From Clostridiales bacterium (GTDB lineage: Bacteria; Bacillota; Clostridia; Oscillospirales; Oscillospiraceae): a stretch of DNA of 64,000 nt. Each line of letters starts with the position of its first letter. The stretch's first letter is position 1. Under the pieces are notes generated by a model. That model saw nothing but the letters and a program-made list of their open reading frames with translations, made no database searches and was not told the DNA's origin. The stretch covers positions 33,616 through 97,615 of the forward strand of contig SFLE01000009.1 of assembly GCA_004553495.1 (NCBI GenBank). Reading direction: 5' to 3'. Both the position numbers and the translations under genes were made by a program. This document shows positions 62,513 to 64,000 of the stretch, piece after piece.

Positions 62513-63364
62513 ATGCTTGTTAGATTATTTGCCGCCATCGGCGCGGTCGGAGCCGCCTTACATGCGCTTATTGCCGGTCAGGGAGGCGGCGCCATAAAGG
62601 TAACGGGAGTTTTCCTGCTGCGCTTCCTTGAGTATTTCGCGGGCGCGCATCTTGCGTATGCGGTGCTGATGCTCGCAATTACCGAGGCGACCGTAAGGTT
62701 GGATAAGCCGCAGGAGAAGCCGTCGAAATTCTGGCTGTGGCACCTGCGAGCCGTCGCTGAAATGCTGTGCTTCTATGCGCGGGTGGATATAAAGACAAGC
62801 GGCAGAGAGCTCATACCGGATGATACGCGGTATCTCATGGTCGCAAACCACCGCTCGCTGGCAGACCCCGTCGTCATGGTCGAGGAGCTGCCGAAGGAGG
62901 AACTCATATTCGTGTCAAAGCCGGGCAACTATAAGATACCGGTCATAGGCAAGGTCATGCATAAGTGCGGCTGCCTGTCCCTTGACAGGGAGGATAACCG
63001 CAAGGCGCTTGTCACGATAAAGCAGGCTACCGATTATATAAACAAGGACTACACCTCGGTGGCGATATACCCCGAGGGCACGCGCGGCAGAAAAGACGAG
63101 CTTCAGCCCTTCCACGCGGGCTCGTTCAAGATAGCTCAGCGCGCCGGAGTGCCGGTCGTCGTCGTCGCGCTCAGAAATACCGATAAGATAATCCACAACT
63201 TCCCGCTCAGAAGAACGGATGTTTACATCGACATCGTCGGCGTTATCGACGCACAGTATGTAAAGGAACACAAAACGCGCGAGACCGCCGAGCTTGCTCA
63301 GAAGATGATACAGGATAAGCTCGATGCGGAAAGAGAAAACGAGGAGAGTGCTGCCGCAACATGA
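62513..63364 (+). CDS. plsC: 1-acyl-sn-glycerol-3-phosphate acyltransferase
   Basis: Motifs NHRSLADP (H-x4-D) and IYPEGTR, with N-terminal TM helices. Probable promoter TTGGAA-16 nt-TAGAAT about 45 nt upstream. Confidence 0.88.
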   Translation: MLVRLFAAIGAVGAALHALIAGQGGGAIKVTGVFLLRFLEYFAGAHLAYAVLMLAITEATVRLDKPQEKPSKFWLWHLRAVAEMLCFYARVDIKTSGRELIPDDTRYLMVANHRSLADPVVMVEELPKEELIFVSKPGNYKIPVIGKVMHKCGCLSLDREDNRKALVTIKQATDYINKDYTSVAIYPEGTRGRKDELQPFHAGSFKIAQRAGVPVVVVALRNTDKIIHNFPLRRTDVYIDIVGVIDAQYVKEHKTRETAELAQKMIQDKLDAERENEESAAAT

Positions 63365-64000
63365 TAAAACTGCTGAAGCTTTTCAGATACCTCAAGGCAA
63401 AGGAATGGCTTTTCTTCCTGTTCAGTCTTGTGTTTATATGCGCTCAGGTAGTGCTTGAGCTGATGATACCGGACTATATGTCGTCGATAACGACGCTTAT
63501 AGAAACCCCGAACAGCGCAATGAGCGATGTGTGGAGCGCCGGCGGCATGATGCTGCTGTGTGCGCTCGGAAGTCTCATATCCTCCATAGCGGTGTGCTTT
63601 TTCGCATCGCGCATAGCGGCAAACTTTTCGCGCCGTCTCAGAAAAGAGATGTTCGACAAGGTCGAGAGCTTTACGCTTGAGGAGATAAACGCCTTTTCCA
63701 CCGCGAGCCTCATAACCCGCTCAACAAACGATGTCTCCCAGGTGCAGATGATGGTCGTGCTTGCGCTTCAGGTCGTCGTAAAGGCGCCGCTCATGGCGGT
63801 CTGGGCGATAATGAAGATAGCGGGCAAGGCGTGGCAGTGGTCGCTGGCTACCGGCATCGCGGTCGTTTTGCTCGTTGCGATACTCGGCATTGCAATAAAG
63901 CTCACATTCCCGTGTTTTCGAAAGATGCAGTGGCTGCAAGACGCGCTCAACCAGTCCGCGCGCGAAAACCTCACCGGCATCCGCGTTGTAAGGGCGTATA
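63361..64000 (+). CDS. ABC exporter, fused permease/ATPase type (partial; N-terminal transmembrane domain only)
   Basis: ATG 63361 overlaps the plsC stop (ATGA). ABC_membrane pattern: TM1 FFLFSLVFICAQVVLEL, ...FDKVESFTLEEINAFSTASLITRSTNDV..., LTGIRVVRAY. The frame is open to the window end. Confidence 0.85.
   Translation, partial: MIKLLKLFRYLKAKEWLFFLFSLVFICAQVVLELMIPDYMSSITTLIETPNSAMSDVWSAGGMMLLCALGSLISSIAVCFFASRIAANFSRRLRKEMFDKVESFTLEEINAFSTASLITRSTNDVSQVQMMVVLALQVVVKAPLMAVWAIMKIAGKAWQWSLATGIAVVLLVAILGIAIKLTFPCFRKMQWLQDALNQSARENLTGIRVVRAY

Overview
This 64-kb window looks like a chromosomal segment of a moderately high-GC Firmicute of the class Clostridia. That placement rests on gene content: CIRCE-groESL, Rex, NiaR, MurT/GatD and DUF4358/MBOAT/DHHW. 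It is gene-dense (about 60 CDS, 2 tRNAs) and mostly housekeeping: an HtrA gene with a two-component system, cstA, groESL, tRNA-Thr/Asp, murT-gatD, an acyl-CoA ligase, moaA, pncB-niaR, mnmE, rex, a trmB-xth-dusB-sigma/anti-sigma operon, plsC and an ABC exporter. No CRISPR array, IS element, integrase or rRNA is visible.

Four regions stand out.
1. 14.2-18.5 kb: a self-contained three-gene operon encoding a signal-less BspA-type LRR protein, a CobS/MoxR-like AAA+ ATPase and a CobT-like VWA protein. It is bracketed by two identical 29-bp palindromic terminator hairpins.
2. 22.8-33.4 kb: a teichoic-acid-type cluster (TagGH exporter, TagF-like glycerophosphotransferase, nucleotidyltransferase). It carries three 'sugar-transfer associated' ATP-grasp genes with five ATP-grasp domains (two look catalytically degenerate) and an N5-(carboxyethyl)ornithine-synthase-like dehydrogenase.
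3. 13.4-14.1 kb: a GatD partner of MurT in which both glutaminase catalytic residues appear substituted.
4. 60.2-62.1 kb: a membrane pyrophosphatase gene broken by two frame-shifting internal deletions.

Smaller oddities are an orphan phage-tail-fibre-like collagen-repeat gene with a near-consensus promoter, and a P1B-like ATPase without a CPx motif. All functional calls come from motif reading by eye. No searches or computations were run.
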